Shown here: in pieces, positions 1 through 8,335 of the stretch
Layout of the letters: each line of letters opens with the position of its first letter
Numbering within the stretch: the first letter of the stretch is position 1
From: Thermotogota bacterium
Lineage (GTDB): Bacteria; Bipolaricaulota; Bipolaricaulia; UBA7950; UBA9294
NCBI GenBank assembly: GCA_039679545.1
Contig: JBDKUT010000153.1
Location: forward strand, 1 to 56,625
Direction: 5' to 3'
Length of the DNA stretch: 56,625 bases
Notes under the pieces: generated by a model
The model's database searches: none
What the model was told of the DNA's origin: nothing
Seen by the model: the letters and a program-made list of their open reading frames with translations, nothing else
Program-made: the position numbers and the translations under genes

Positions 1-122
1 CGAGTCTCTCCACTGCTGTCGCTCGACAACCAGATCTCCGCGGTCGTCGCGAAAGCAGAGAGAGCGCAGAGCGCCATAACGAGCAACGTTAGGACACTCG
101 CTGCTCCTAGTCTCTTTTTCAA
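1..122 (-). CDS. N-terminus of a secreted protein (runs off the left edge)
   Basis: TTG at 122 with SD AAGGAGGT at 129-136; reads MKKRLGAASVLTLLVMALCALSAFA-TTAEIW, a Sec signal peptide. An in-frame ATG at 194 is an alternative start. Confidence 0.75.
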   Translation of the reverse strand, partial: MKKRLGAASVLTLLVMALCALSAFATTAEIWLSSDSSGET

Positions 123-450
123 CGTCGGACCTCCTTTTCGGGCCGAAGATTTCGCTTGTGTTTTCGTATTGCTTGTCTCGTTCATAGGAAGCATCAACCC
201 CCTGCAGCCTCCTTCCGCCTCACGTAGGGACACTTGGCTCCTAAATTCCGCCAACCACCTCCCTCATCGAAGCCACTCGGTTCATCATCCTGTTTGCGTC
301 ATGGCTTCTGCTCGGCGTCCGATCGACCGAACCGATCCGGCCGCCGATCCAAGGCGCGGGCGTGCCGCGTAGCTCCGCGACCGCCCTACACGTTCTCTCA
401 AAGACCAAAAGGGAGTGCAAACCCACCCCATCTTCCTTGCGAGTCGGAGG

Positions 451-480
451 ATCTTACCACACGGCTGCAACGCCTGTCAA
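451..480 (-). promoter_or_regulatory. sigma70 promoter for the left-edge secreted protein
   Basis: TTGACA (480-475), 18-nt spacer, extended -10 TG-g-TAAGAT (456-451). Confidence 0.65.
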
Positions 481-821
481 GCCGGATCAGAACAGCTCCA
501 ACCCGCGTTCGACCCACCCCGTGCAACGCGTCGGCCGCGAACCCTCCAAGGATCGGCCAAGAATCACCAGACGCCGTGGAGACACGGGGTCTTCGGTCAT
601 TCATCCGTGGATCACCCCCTTCGGTCGAAAGCGTCCACATACATGAAGACTACGCTAGCGCTCGTCGCCCGGCCCATCGCTGGAGCTTGGGACCTGCCTC
701 CGGCCATCCCGTCCGACCGAAGCGAGACACCTGTCCGTGACCTCGACTACACAAGATGACCGAGCTTCCTACGCTCCCTCCCCTCACCGCATTTTCACAC
801 ACCCACCGCCCCGCGCCGCGC

Positions 822-851
822 TTGACACGAGCCCGAGGAAACCGATATCCT
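822..851 (+). promoter_or_regulatory. sigma70-like promoter
   Basis: TTGACA 822-827, 18-nt spacer, TATCCT 846-851, upstream of RBS GGAGGT and ATG 882. Confidence 0.5.
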
Positions 852-881
852 GACTGCACCAGCGCGGAGGTGAATCGGACA

Positions 882-1553
882 ATGCAAAGAGGGGTGCGGA
901 ATCCGGCCGGGGTGCTCTGGTTGTTCGTGTCATTGTCGGTCCTTGCCGCCGCTCTTCCCGCCGGCGCCGTTCCCGCCCTCGTGCGGACGAACGCGGGCGA
1001 GGTCCTTCAGGGAGGTCTGTCGGGGCTCGCTCCCGTCCTTCGGCTGGCCGATCCTTGTCCGCTCATCGGCCCTGCGGCGCAGTACGACATTCCGTTGTCG
1101 TCGATCCTGCAGATCTTCGTGGACTTCCCGCGGATTGTAATCGAGACCGAGGATCGCGTGTATATCGGCCCGTACTCGACGTTCTCCGGAATTGATCAGG
1201 AACTTCGCCTGGACGAACGCGGCGTGGGAACCAGGATCTTCACGACGACCTTGAGCGAAATCGCCCTGAACGGCCAGCCCTTCCGCCCGCTGCCGCGCGA
1301 GTGGACCGGGCGCGGTTTCCTCGTTCTCGAGAAGGCGCCGCAGGCGGCCAAGGTCGCCACGGCGGCGGCCGCGCCGGCGCAGACGATGGCCTCGAGCGAA
1401 ACAACGACGGAAGACGATCTCATCTGGGGCCAGCTCACCCCCGCAGAGCCGCCCGCCGAGGAAGCAGCCGGCCTGCCGTGGTGGGTCGGTGTCGTCGCCG
1501 TCGGACTCATCGTCGCTCTGCTTCTATTCTCGTCGTCCAGCAGCTCCAAGTAG
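882..1553 (+). CDS. Hypothetical exported protein with C-terminal membrane anchor
   Basis: GGAGGT RBS; N-terminal signal-like stretch; Ala/Thr linker; C-terminal LPWWVGVVAVGLIVALLLF helix. Confidence 0.75.
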   Translation: MQRGVRNPAGVLWLFVSLSVLAAALPAGAVPALVRTNAGEVLQGGLSGLAPVLRLADPCPLIGPAAQYDIPLSSILQIFVDFPRIVIETEDRVYIGPYSTFSGIDQELRLDERGVGTRIFTTTLSEIALNGQPFRPLPREWTGRGFLVLEKAPQAAKVATAAAAPAQTMASSETTTEDDLIWGQLTPAEPPAEEAAGLPWWVGVVAVGLIVALLLFSSSSSSK

Positions 1554-1672
1554 GTCACGTAGTCGCACTCTCTTTTCTCCAGGCTGCCCCTGCGCGGAGA
1601 GGTCTCGCTGTCAATCCCCGCCTGGGTCCGCTTGCACGCCGCAAACCCAGCCCCTAAGATTGGTGCCGAGTG

Positions 1673-1759
1673 GGAGGGATGACCGAACGGCAAGGAACCG
1701 CTCTCGAAAAGCGGCACGGCGGAAACGCCCTCGGGGTTCGAATCCCCGTCCCTCCGCCA
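1673..1759 (+). tRNA. tRNA-Ser(CGA)
   Basis: Acceptor GGAGGGA/TCCCTCC-G-CCA; anticodon arm CCGCT-CT-CGA-AA-AGCGG; long variable arm; T arm CGGGG-TTCGAAT-CCCCG. Confidence 0.95.
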
Positions 1760-1833
1760 GCGCCCGTAGCTCAGTGGATTAGAGCGTCGGACTGCGGCTC
1801 CGAAGGTCACAGGTTCGAATCCTGTCGGGCGTA
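1760..1833 (+). tRNA. tRNA-Arg(GCG), no encoded CCA
   Basis: Acceptor GCGCCCG/CGGGCGT-A; D arm GCTC..GAGC; anticodon arm TCGGA-CT-GCG-GC-TCCGA; T arm ACAGG-TTCGAAT-CCTGT. Confidence 0.95.
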
Positions 1834-2101
1834 AAGCAGGGGTGGGACAAAGCGCCCACCCCTGCTTTACTTCTGACCGGTGAGAAACTGTCGGAGTTCG
1901 CTTGCGCGAACTCTCGAGCCATCCGTAGGATGGCCCAGGTTCCGAATCCTGTCGGGCGTAAAGACGACGCGGGCTCTTCCGGGCCCGCGTTGGCTTTCCT
2001 CCTGGCCGGCGAGAGCTTGTCCGAGTTTCACACCGTGCCGAAGCGAAACTCACGAACCGCCCCCACAGGGGCGGCCCAGGTTACGAGTCCTGTCGGGCGC
2101 A
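1810..2101 (+). repeat. tRNA-3'-end-containing structured tandem repeat (2 units plus a partial third)
   Basis: Units start at 1810, 1936 and 2077 with CAGGTT(N)CGARTCCTGTCGGGCGYA; linkers conserved; three hairpins in each full unit. Confidence 0.85.
1831..1874 (+). terminator. Terminator-like hairpin overlapping the tRNA-Arg 3' end
   Basis: Perfect 16-bp inverted repeat GTAAAGCAGGGGTGGG (1831-1846) / CCCACCCCTGCTTTAC (1855-1870), followed by TTCT. Confidence 0.65.
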
Positions 2102-2183
2102 TGGAGTGATGTTCACCCAGCCGTAGTGCTTCGCTCGGGACCGGGGGCAGGTCACTCTGCCGATGACGGGCACTCCCTCCGTC

Positions 2184-3773
2184 CTACTGCTTGCGGTACT
2201 GCCACAGGTCATATGTCGTCGGGCTGGTGGCAACCAGGAGGTCGCCGATGGCGTAGATAGCGTCGGCAGCTCCGCCTATCTTGAGCCAGCGTAGCGGATA
2301 GCCCGTGTACTGGAACACGGCACTCCCGTCGATTGCCAACCCGTAGAGGTGGTCATCATCCCCGACGGCGAACATCCGCCCCGGACCTCCAATCAGCACC
2401 CAAGAGAACGGCGTGCCATTGTACTCATGCAGATTCCCAACGTCGGGGTCTCTAGCGTACAGGCTCGTCCCCGCCGCGTAGATCGCTGCTGCGGGTCCGC
2501 CAATCTGAGTCCACTGATCCGGCGCACCGTCGTACTTGTAGACGCCGCTGCCGTCTGCTGCCAGGCGGTACACCCGTCCGTCGCTACCAAAGGCGAACTG
2601 CTTTGCCGCAACGCTGATTCGAGTCCACGACGTGCCGTTGTAGGAGTAGAGGGCGCCAGTTTGAGGATTCGTAGCGTAGAGACCTCGGCCCGTTCGATCG
2701 ACGGCGCCATAGATCTCGGCTGCTGCTCCTCCCACCTTGGTCCACCCTCCCGCTGACTCTATGTACCGAAGGACCGTTGCCCCGTCCGGGGTGAGGCCGA
2801 ACAGAGATCCCATCCCGCCCACGGCGAACCGCTTCCCAGGCCCGCCGACGCGGTGCCAGGAAGTCATCCCTGTTCCAGCGAAGGCGTAGATGTCTCCCGT
2901 CGAGCGTTCCGTCGCATAGAGTTGTTCGTAGGACTCAATCGTGCTGTATCCCACGATCACGTCCCCGACGGGTCCCCAGATCTGCGCCCAGTAGCCCTTG
3001 AGGAACGTGGAGATCCACGGCCCCCTCGAGTAGGTGGGCCGGTATACGCTGGTCCCGTTGGCGTCGTCACCCCAACTCGTGACGCCGATGATCCGTCCCT
3101 GAGCGTTGATCATGGGTCCGCCGGAGTCGCCCGGGCAGGTGTACTGCGTCGGATTCCTGACCGTTATGCTCTCGGGGCCGCACTCTGTGATCGTCACGGT
3201 CGCCATCCGCTTCTCGGAGTTGCTGGCCGAGCAGTCACTACCCGTCCGGCCGAACCCAATCAGCGTCACTTGCTCCCCCGGTGTGTTGGGGACGACAAGC
3301 TCAACCGGGATGGGAGTGACGTTCAGGACTCGCTCGTTCGCCGGCACATCGAGCTTGATGATCGTGTAGTCGTCCGCCAGCCAGCGGACCTTCCCGAAGT
3401 CGGGGTGAACATAGACCGTCCCATCAATCGAAACATCCTGTCGGGTAAGTGACTCGTTGACCGACGTGGTTGGATCATCGACCGGGAAGACATCATGCAA
3501 CGTGAACGTCCGCCGCGCACCGCAGGTGCTGTGATCGGCGTCCGGGCCCTGCTGACCGCAGACACAATGGGACGCCGTGAGGACGGTCTCCTGGTCGATC
3601 AGTGTCGCGGTGCACCCGGGAATCGTGCCGACCGCCTCATACTGGCCCACGGGAACGATCGCCCCCACCGAGAGAGGGAACTGCGTAGAACCCACTTGTC
3701 CGGCTCCAGCCCATGCCGCAGCAGCCAGGACCATCACACCCAGTCTGAGTGCCAAGCCAACGGTTCGTTTCAT
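2184..3773 (-). CDS. Secreted S1 (chymotrypsin-fold) serine protease fused to tectonin-like beta-propeller repeats
   Basis: Signal peptide MKRTVGLALRL..AWA; triad motifs TASHC, DYTII, GDSGGP; repeated W-x-x-(I/V)GG-(P/A) units in the C-terminal half. Confidence 0.85.
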   Translation of the reverse strand: MKRTVGLALRLGVMVLAAAAWAGAGQVGSTQFPLSVGAIVPVGQYEAVGTIPGCTATLIDQETVLTASHCVCGQQGPDADHSTCGARRTFTLHDVFPVDDPTTSVNESLTRQDVSIDGTVYVHPDFGKVRWLADDYTIIKLDVPANERVLNVTPIPVELVVPNTPGEQVTLIGFGRTGSDCSASNSEKRMATVTITECGPESITVRNPTQYTCPGDSGGPMINAQGRIIGVTSWGDDANGTSVYRPTYSRGPWISTFLKGYWAQIWGPVGDVIVGYSTIESYEQLYATERSTGDIYAFAGTGMTSWHRVGGPGKRFAVGGMGSLFGLTPDGATVLRYIESAGGWTKVGGAAAEIYGAVDRTGRGLYATNPQTGALYSYNGTSWTRISVAAKQFAFGSDGRVYRLAADGSGVYKYDGAPDQWTQIGGPAAAIYAAGTSLYARDPDVGNLHEYNGTPFSWVLIGGPGRMFAVGDDDHLYGLAIDGSAVFQYTGYPLRWLKIGGAADAIYAIGDLLVATSPTTYDLWQYRKQ

Positions 3774-4039
3774 CGTACCCTCCATGTCTCCTACAACCCT
3801 CATCAGGCCTGCTTGGCCCAAACACTCCATCTCCAAAACCACTCTATCGCGCCTCGGACGGCGCGTGCCAACACGTGAGGACGAACTGGATCTTCGTCGT
3901 ACTTTCAGAGTCACCCGGCCGTGGTAGCACCGTTCCCTGCCCCCGCAGACCACCTGCCGCCGATCCGTCAACGCGGACGCCGCCAGCGGGCTTTCACAGG
4001 CCGGGCGAACCTGGATATCGTGGGGTCGGAGGCGAGAGC

Positions 4040-4630
4040 ATGAAGAAGATGTCGCGGCGAGTCTGCGTCGGCCTGCTGTTGGTGGGAGCGCTCATGGTCC
4101 CATCGTGGGTCGCGGTGGCTCCGCCATCCGACGCGGTTGTCACGGGAATGCTGGCGATGTGGCTGCACGGCACGGCCGTGCAAATCGAAAGCCCGGAGCG
4201 GCTCGCACAGGTCCAGCGTTTTGCCTATCACACAAGAATCGAGGGGAACCCGAACACGGGCAATTGGCTCCACTTCCCGATCACTACGCCGGTCGTCGGA
4301 ACGTACGTGGAATCCCAGAATGTCCCATTCACGGGATTCATGACGAACTACCGACGTTACCACCTCGACAAGGTGTTCGTCAGCTTCCGCAGCGGCTCCA
4401 TCGACGCTCGAGTGACCAACGTTCACATCTACGATGGCCCCAAACTGATCGCGGCCTTTAACAACCTGAATCTCTATGGGGAACAACACATGCGGGAATT
4501 CGTTCTCCCCAACTTCCCCGAAGTGGAGCAGGGGATCTGCATCTCGTTGGGCGTAGAGTTCGGATCGTCCGGACAGCGGTGGATGGAACTTCAGTCCGTC
4601 GGAGCGGACTTCTACTTCCTGGACCAGTAG
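4040..4630 (+). CDS. Exported DUF6623-like protein
   Basis: Signal peptide; motifs MWLHG..QIE.P, NWLHFPITTP, VHIYDG recalled from DUF6623. Confidence 0.6.
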   Translation: MKKMSRRVCVGLLLVGALMVPSWVAVAPPSDAVVTGMLAMWLHGTAVQIESPERLAQVQRFAYHTRIEGNPNTGNWLHFPITTPVVGTYVESQNVPFTGFMTNYRRYHLDKVFVSFRSGSIDARVTNVHIYDGPKLIAAFNNLNLYGEQHMREFVLPNFPEVEQGICISLGVEFGSSGQRWMELQSVGADFYFLDQ

Positions 4631-4924
4631 GGCACCCAATCGCATTGCTGAGCGGGGCGACCGGCGCAGGCGGAGATTGTCCGCCCTCCGGAGCCCGCTC
4701 AACTGGAAGGTTCGGTGTGCCCTACTCGACATCCTACCCACCACCGATGACTTGCCCGCGGGCAGAGATTGATCTTGAGCTTGGACTCGAACGCCGCTAA
4801 GCCGATCAAGAGGACACCGAGCCTCCGTCTCTGGGCGTGCGAAGGCTGGTCATAGCAGGGCAGGGATCCAAGACGGAGGTTCTGGATGTGGGGACGTCAG
4901 GTGTACCAGTTCGAGAGTTATCCC

Positions 4925-4984
4925 GTTGGGTCACCCGGGCGAACGATCCTCAAACCCGGTTCGAAAGTAGTCCACCAAGGGGTA
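4925..4984 (+). repeat. Dispersed ~60-bp direct repeat, copy A
   Basis: GTTGGGT...GTTCGAAAGTAGTCCAC..GGGGTA; 46/60 identical to copy B without gaps (hand count). Confidence 0.8.
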
Positions 4985-5130
4985 GTAGATGCCTTTGGCT
5001 TGCGCGGTCATGCATCCACTCGAGTTCTTCATTCAACACCCTCCTGAAGCTGGACACCCCAGTCCCACAGCCCGACGCCCCTGGAGGCGGCTTCTCGCGC
5101 CGCCCGTCGCCCTCTCCTGAGCCTTCTTTC

Positions 5131-6192
5131 CTACTCCTCTGAGAACCGGCACTCCCTGTCGAGGCGGCTTACCACGGCAGCAACAAGCTGCGCTGCGTGC
5201 TCGAGATCCTCGCCGTGGACGATCTCTGATGCAGAGTGCATTGCCCGGGTGGGGATCGAGATAAGCGCAGAGGCAACGCCTCCTCGGGATATCTGAATGG
5301 CGTTGGCATCGGTACCGTAGGGACCGGGAGCGATCTGGTACGGGATGCCCTCAGCCTCTGCAGTTTGCACGAGCAGGTTCAGCAGCCGCGGGTTGACCGT
5401 GTACCCGGCGGCAAGCATTGGGCCCTTGCCCAGAAAAGCCCGACCTACTCGCTTCCTGGCTTCACGGTCGCCAGGGGTGTCTGTCGCCCATCCCACATCC
5501 ACCGCGATGCCAACGTCAGGAGCAACCGAGTAGGCACTGGTCGTGGCTCCACGCTTGCCGACCTCTTCTTGGACGGTGGCCACGGCAAACACGGCGGCAG
5601 ACAGTTCCATCTCCGCTAGGCGGCGCATCGCCTCCACAACGACGAAGGTCCCCACCCGATTGTCGAGGCCGCTCCCCACAACCAGCCTGTCGTGGAGCAG
5701 CTCAAGCCCGCTCGAGAACACCGCGAGTCCGCCGATCTGGACGCGGCGCTTCGCCTCAGCAGCATCCGTCGCGCCGATGTCAATCCACAAGTCCGAGAAC
5801 GACACAGCGGTCTCCTGTTCCGTTGGCGAGAGAAGATGGGCTGCCTTGCGACACACGACGCCCCGAACCGGTCCATCGCTACCCAGGATGTCGACGCGTT
5901 GACCCGGCAGCCCCTGGGTATCCCATCGTCCCGCTCCGACAAAGTACAGGAACCCAGACTCGTCGATATCCGTAATCTGAAGTGCGAGCTCGTCTATGTG
6001 AGCTGCCAGCATCACTCGGGGCCGTCCCTCCTCGTTGACGCACCCAAAAGAGTTACCGTGAGAGTCTGTCCAGACTTTCTCCGCATAGGGGCGAATCTGC
6101 TCCCGCCACGCTCTTGCCGCGTCCATTTCGCGACCCGTCGGCGCAGGATGAAGCATCAACTCAGTCAACCGAACCCATGTCTGGCGATCCAT
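5131..6192 (-). CDS. M42 family metallo-aminopeptidase
   Basis: AAHIDE, LDNR, VQEEVG, VDVG, MHS metal-binding motifs. Confidence 0.9.
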   Translation of the reverse strand: MDRQTWVRLTELMLHPAPTGREMDAARAWREQIRPYAEKVWTDSHGNSFGCVNEEGRPRVMLAAHIDELALQITDIDESGFLYFVGAGRWDTQGLPGQRVDILGSDGPVRGVVCRKAAHLLSPTEQETAVSFSDLWIDIGATDAAEAKRRVQIGGLAVFSSGLELLHDRLVVGSGLDNRVGTFVVVEAMRRLAEMELSAAVFAVATVQEEVGKRGATTSAYSVAPDVGIAVDVGWATDTPGDREARKRVGRAFLGKGPMLAAGYTVNPRLLNLLVQTAEAEGIPYQIAPGPYGTDANAIQISRGGVASALISIPTRAMHSASEIVHGEDLEHAAQLVAAVVSRLDRECRFSEE

Positions 6193-6398
6193 TCGATCCT
6201 CCATTGCCTCTCGTACCCTCGCGCTCCCGGAGAACATGCCCCCCGTAAACCGCCGAGAGTGCACTATCGTTCGACCGTCCGCAGCCATCCACCAGTCTAG
6301 GCCGATAGTGCCGACCTAGCTAAAGACTATCAGAGCTCCCGACATTGCACGGGCAGCTCGCACAGAGCGCGATCCCGCTGAGGAAGACCCCCTTGGTC

Positions 6399-7262
6399 TC
6401 ACTTTCGACGGAGCCGAGGATCCAGGATGTCCCGCACCCCATCGCCCAGGAGATTGAACCCCAATACTGTGAGGAAGATCGCCAATCCTGGAAAGGTGGA
6501 GACCCACCAACTGGCAGGGAGGTAGTTTCTACCTGCCGTGACCATGACACCCCATTCTGGGGTGGGGGGCTGGGCACCGAGGCCCAGGAATCCGAGACTA
6601 GCTGCTGTCCGGATTATTCCTCCCATCTCCAAGGAGAGTTGCACGATCAGGGGCGACAGAGTCAGGGGAAGGACGTGGCAGAGCAGAATGCGAGTCTTGC
6701 TGGCTCCCATTGCTCTTGCCGCATCTACGTGAGCCTGACCGCGCAGCGCCAGGGCACTACTTCTCGCCAGACGAGCGAAGTACGTCCATTCCGTCATCGA
6801 GACTGCAAGTACGACGTTCTGCAGGCTGGGACCCAGAGCTGCCGCAAATGCCATGGCCAAGATGAGCTGTGGGAAAGACATGAAGATGTCAGTGATCCGC
6901 ATGAGAAGGCTGTCCACCTTTCCGCCGATGAACCCGCACAACACACCAATCAGCGTTCCCACTGTCCCGGAGATCACGGCGACTTGGACGGCGATCCGGA
7001 TTGAAATCCGCGCGCCATACAGGAGCCGACTCAGGACGTCTCGCCCGATCTGATCTGTGCCCAACGGATGGATCGACGTCGGCCTGCCCAACTTGGCCAG
7101 TGGATTGGTCTCGTAGGGATCGTGCGGGGCAACATACGGAGCCAAGATTGCCGTCAGAGCGAGGGCGAGGATGATTCCAAGACCGACAAGGGACAGCGGG
7201 TTCCCCTTCACGGCCCGCCAAGTGTCGCGTGCCACAGACGTTGAATGCGCTCGCCTAGTCAT
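6399..7262 (-). CDS. dppC: Peptide ABC transporter permease (DppC/OppC)
   Basis: HPLGTD..GRD, EAA-like loop DAARAMGAS, LSFLGLG-like LGFLGLG..PTPEWG. Confidence 0.92.
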   Translation of the reverse strand: MTRRAHSTSVARDTWRAVKGNPLSLVGLGIILALALTAILAPYVAPHDPYETNPLAKLGRPTSIHPLGTDQIGRDVLSRLLYGARISIRIAVQVAVISGTVGTLIGVLCGFIGGKVDSLLMRITDIFMSFPQLILAMAFAAALGPSLQNVVLAVSMTEWTYFARLARSSALALRGQAHVDAARAMGASKTRILLCHVLPLTLSPLIVQLSLEMGGIIRTAASLGFLGLGAQPPTPEWGVMVTAGRNYLPASWWVSTFPGLAIFLTVLGFNLLGDGVRDILDPRLRRK

Positions 7263-8268
7263 ATCGGACCCGCGGATCCAGGAAGGCATACAGAATGTCG
7301 ACAACCAGGTTCATCAGCGAGTAGAAAAGAGCAATCACCATGGTGGAGCCCACGACGGCTGGGAAATCGAGCGCCAGGAACGCATTCGTCGCATAACGCC
7401 CTAGTCCCGGCCATGCGAAGATCGTTTCGACAATGACTCCTCCCTCAAGGAGCCTCCCATACACGATGCCTGCGATGGTCACGACAGGCAGCATGGCATT
7501 TTTGAGAGCGTGCCGTAGCACCACTCGGTTCTCTACCAGCCCTTTTGAGCGGGCCGTCCTCACGTAGTCTTCGCCAAGCACATCCAGCATGCTGGCCCGC
7601 GTAACGCGCGATATCGCAGCGACACCGAAGAACGACAGGGTGAGTGCGGGCATTACGAAGTGTTTGAGAGCTATCGTGAACATGTCCAGTCGCCGAGCGA
7701 TGAGGCTGTCGATGAGAATCATGCCGGTGATGCGGGTAGGCGGGTCCATGTAGTATGGGAGTCGTCCTCCCCCTGGCAGCCAGCCAAGAATGAAGTAGAA
7801 GAGCAGCATCATGAGCAGGGCAAGCCAGAAGACTGGCATTGAAATCCCTGTAAGAGCGGCGACCCGGGCTACATGGTCCGCCAGCTTTCCTCTTCGCACA
7901 GCCGACACCACACCGAGGACGATGCCCCCCACCACACTGATTAGCGCGCCCACGGTTGCCAGCTCGAGAGTTGCAGGGAAGTACTCGACCAGATCCTGAA
8001 GAACGTGCCTCCCACTGGCCATCGAGACTCCGAAGTCACCGTGCAATAGCTGCCACACGTAGGCCAGGTATTGCTCAATGACAGGTTTGTCGAGGCCCCA
8101 CTTTGCCCTCATCTCTTCGACGAGATCGGCCGGCGCATGGCCCCCCAGCATCGCCGCGACGGGATCGGCGGGGATGACCCGGGAGATGAAGAACACAAGC
8201 GTCATGACTCCGAACACAACGAACAGAAGCCACAACAGGCGGCGCACGATGTACGTCACCATGGACAT
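7255..8268 (-). CDS. dppB: Peptide ABC transporter permease (DppB/OppB)
   Basis: FPATLEL, EDYVRTARSKGL, ETIFAWPGLG, LDPR terminus. Confidence 0.92.
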   Translation of the reverse strand: MSMVTYIVRRLLWLLFVVFGVMTLVFFISRVIPADPVAAMLGGHAPADLVEEMRAKWGLDKPVIEQYLAYVWQLLHGDFGVSMASGRHVLQDLVEYFPATLELATVGALISVVGGIVLGVVSAVRRGKLADHVARVAALTGISMPVFWLALLMMLLFYFILGWLPGGGRLPYYMDPPTRITGMILIDSLIARRLDMFTIALKHFVMPALTLSFFGVAAISRVTRASMLDVLGEDYVRTARSKGLVENRVVLRHALKNAMLPVVTIAGIVYGRLLEGGVIVETIFAWPGLGRYATNAFLALDFPAVVGSTMVIALFYSLMNLVVDILYAFLDPRVRYD

Positions 8269-8335
8269 GCAGAGGGACTCCGCCCTGACCACGCCCCCCT
8301 ACGGGCGTCCAGAAGCGGAGTCCCCCCTCCCCCTC

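Noticed and set aside
270..310. c-di-GMP-I riboswitch in the left leader (GACGCAAA on the minus strand)
   Set aside because: The flanking GGCAAAC/GAAA-tetraloop P2 and P3 elements are absent
1936..2101. Additional functional tRNA genes
   Set aside because: Only the T-arm and acceptor 3' strand are present, T-loops have 8 nt, and there is no canonical D or anticodon arm
4837..5142. 101-aa ORF spanning repeat copy A as an intact gene
   Set aside because: No RBS or domain, and the equivalent frame in copy B has a stop; at best a remnant
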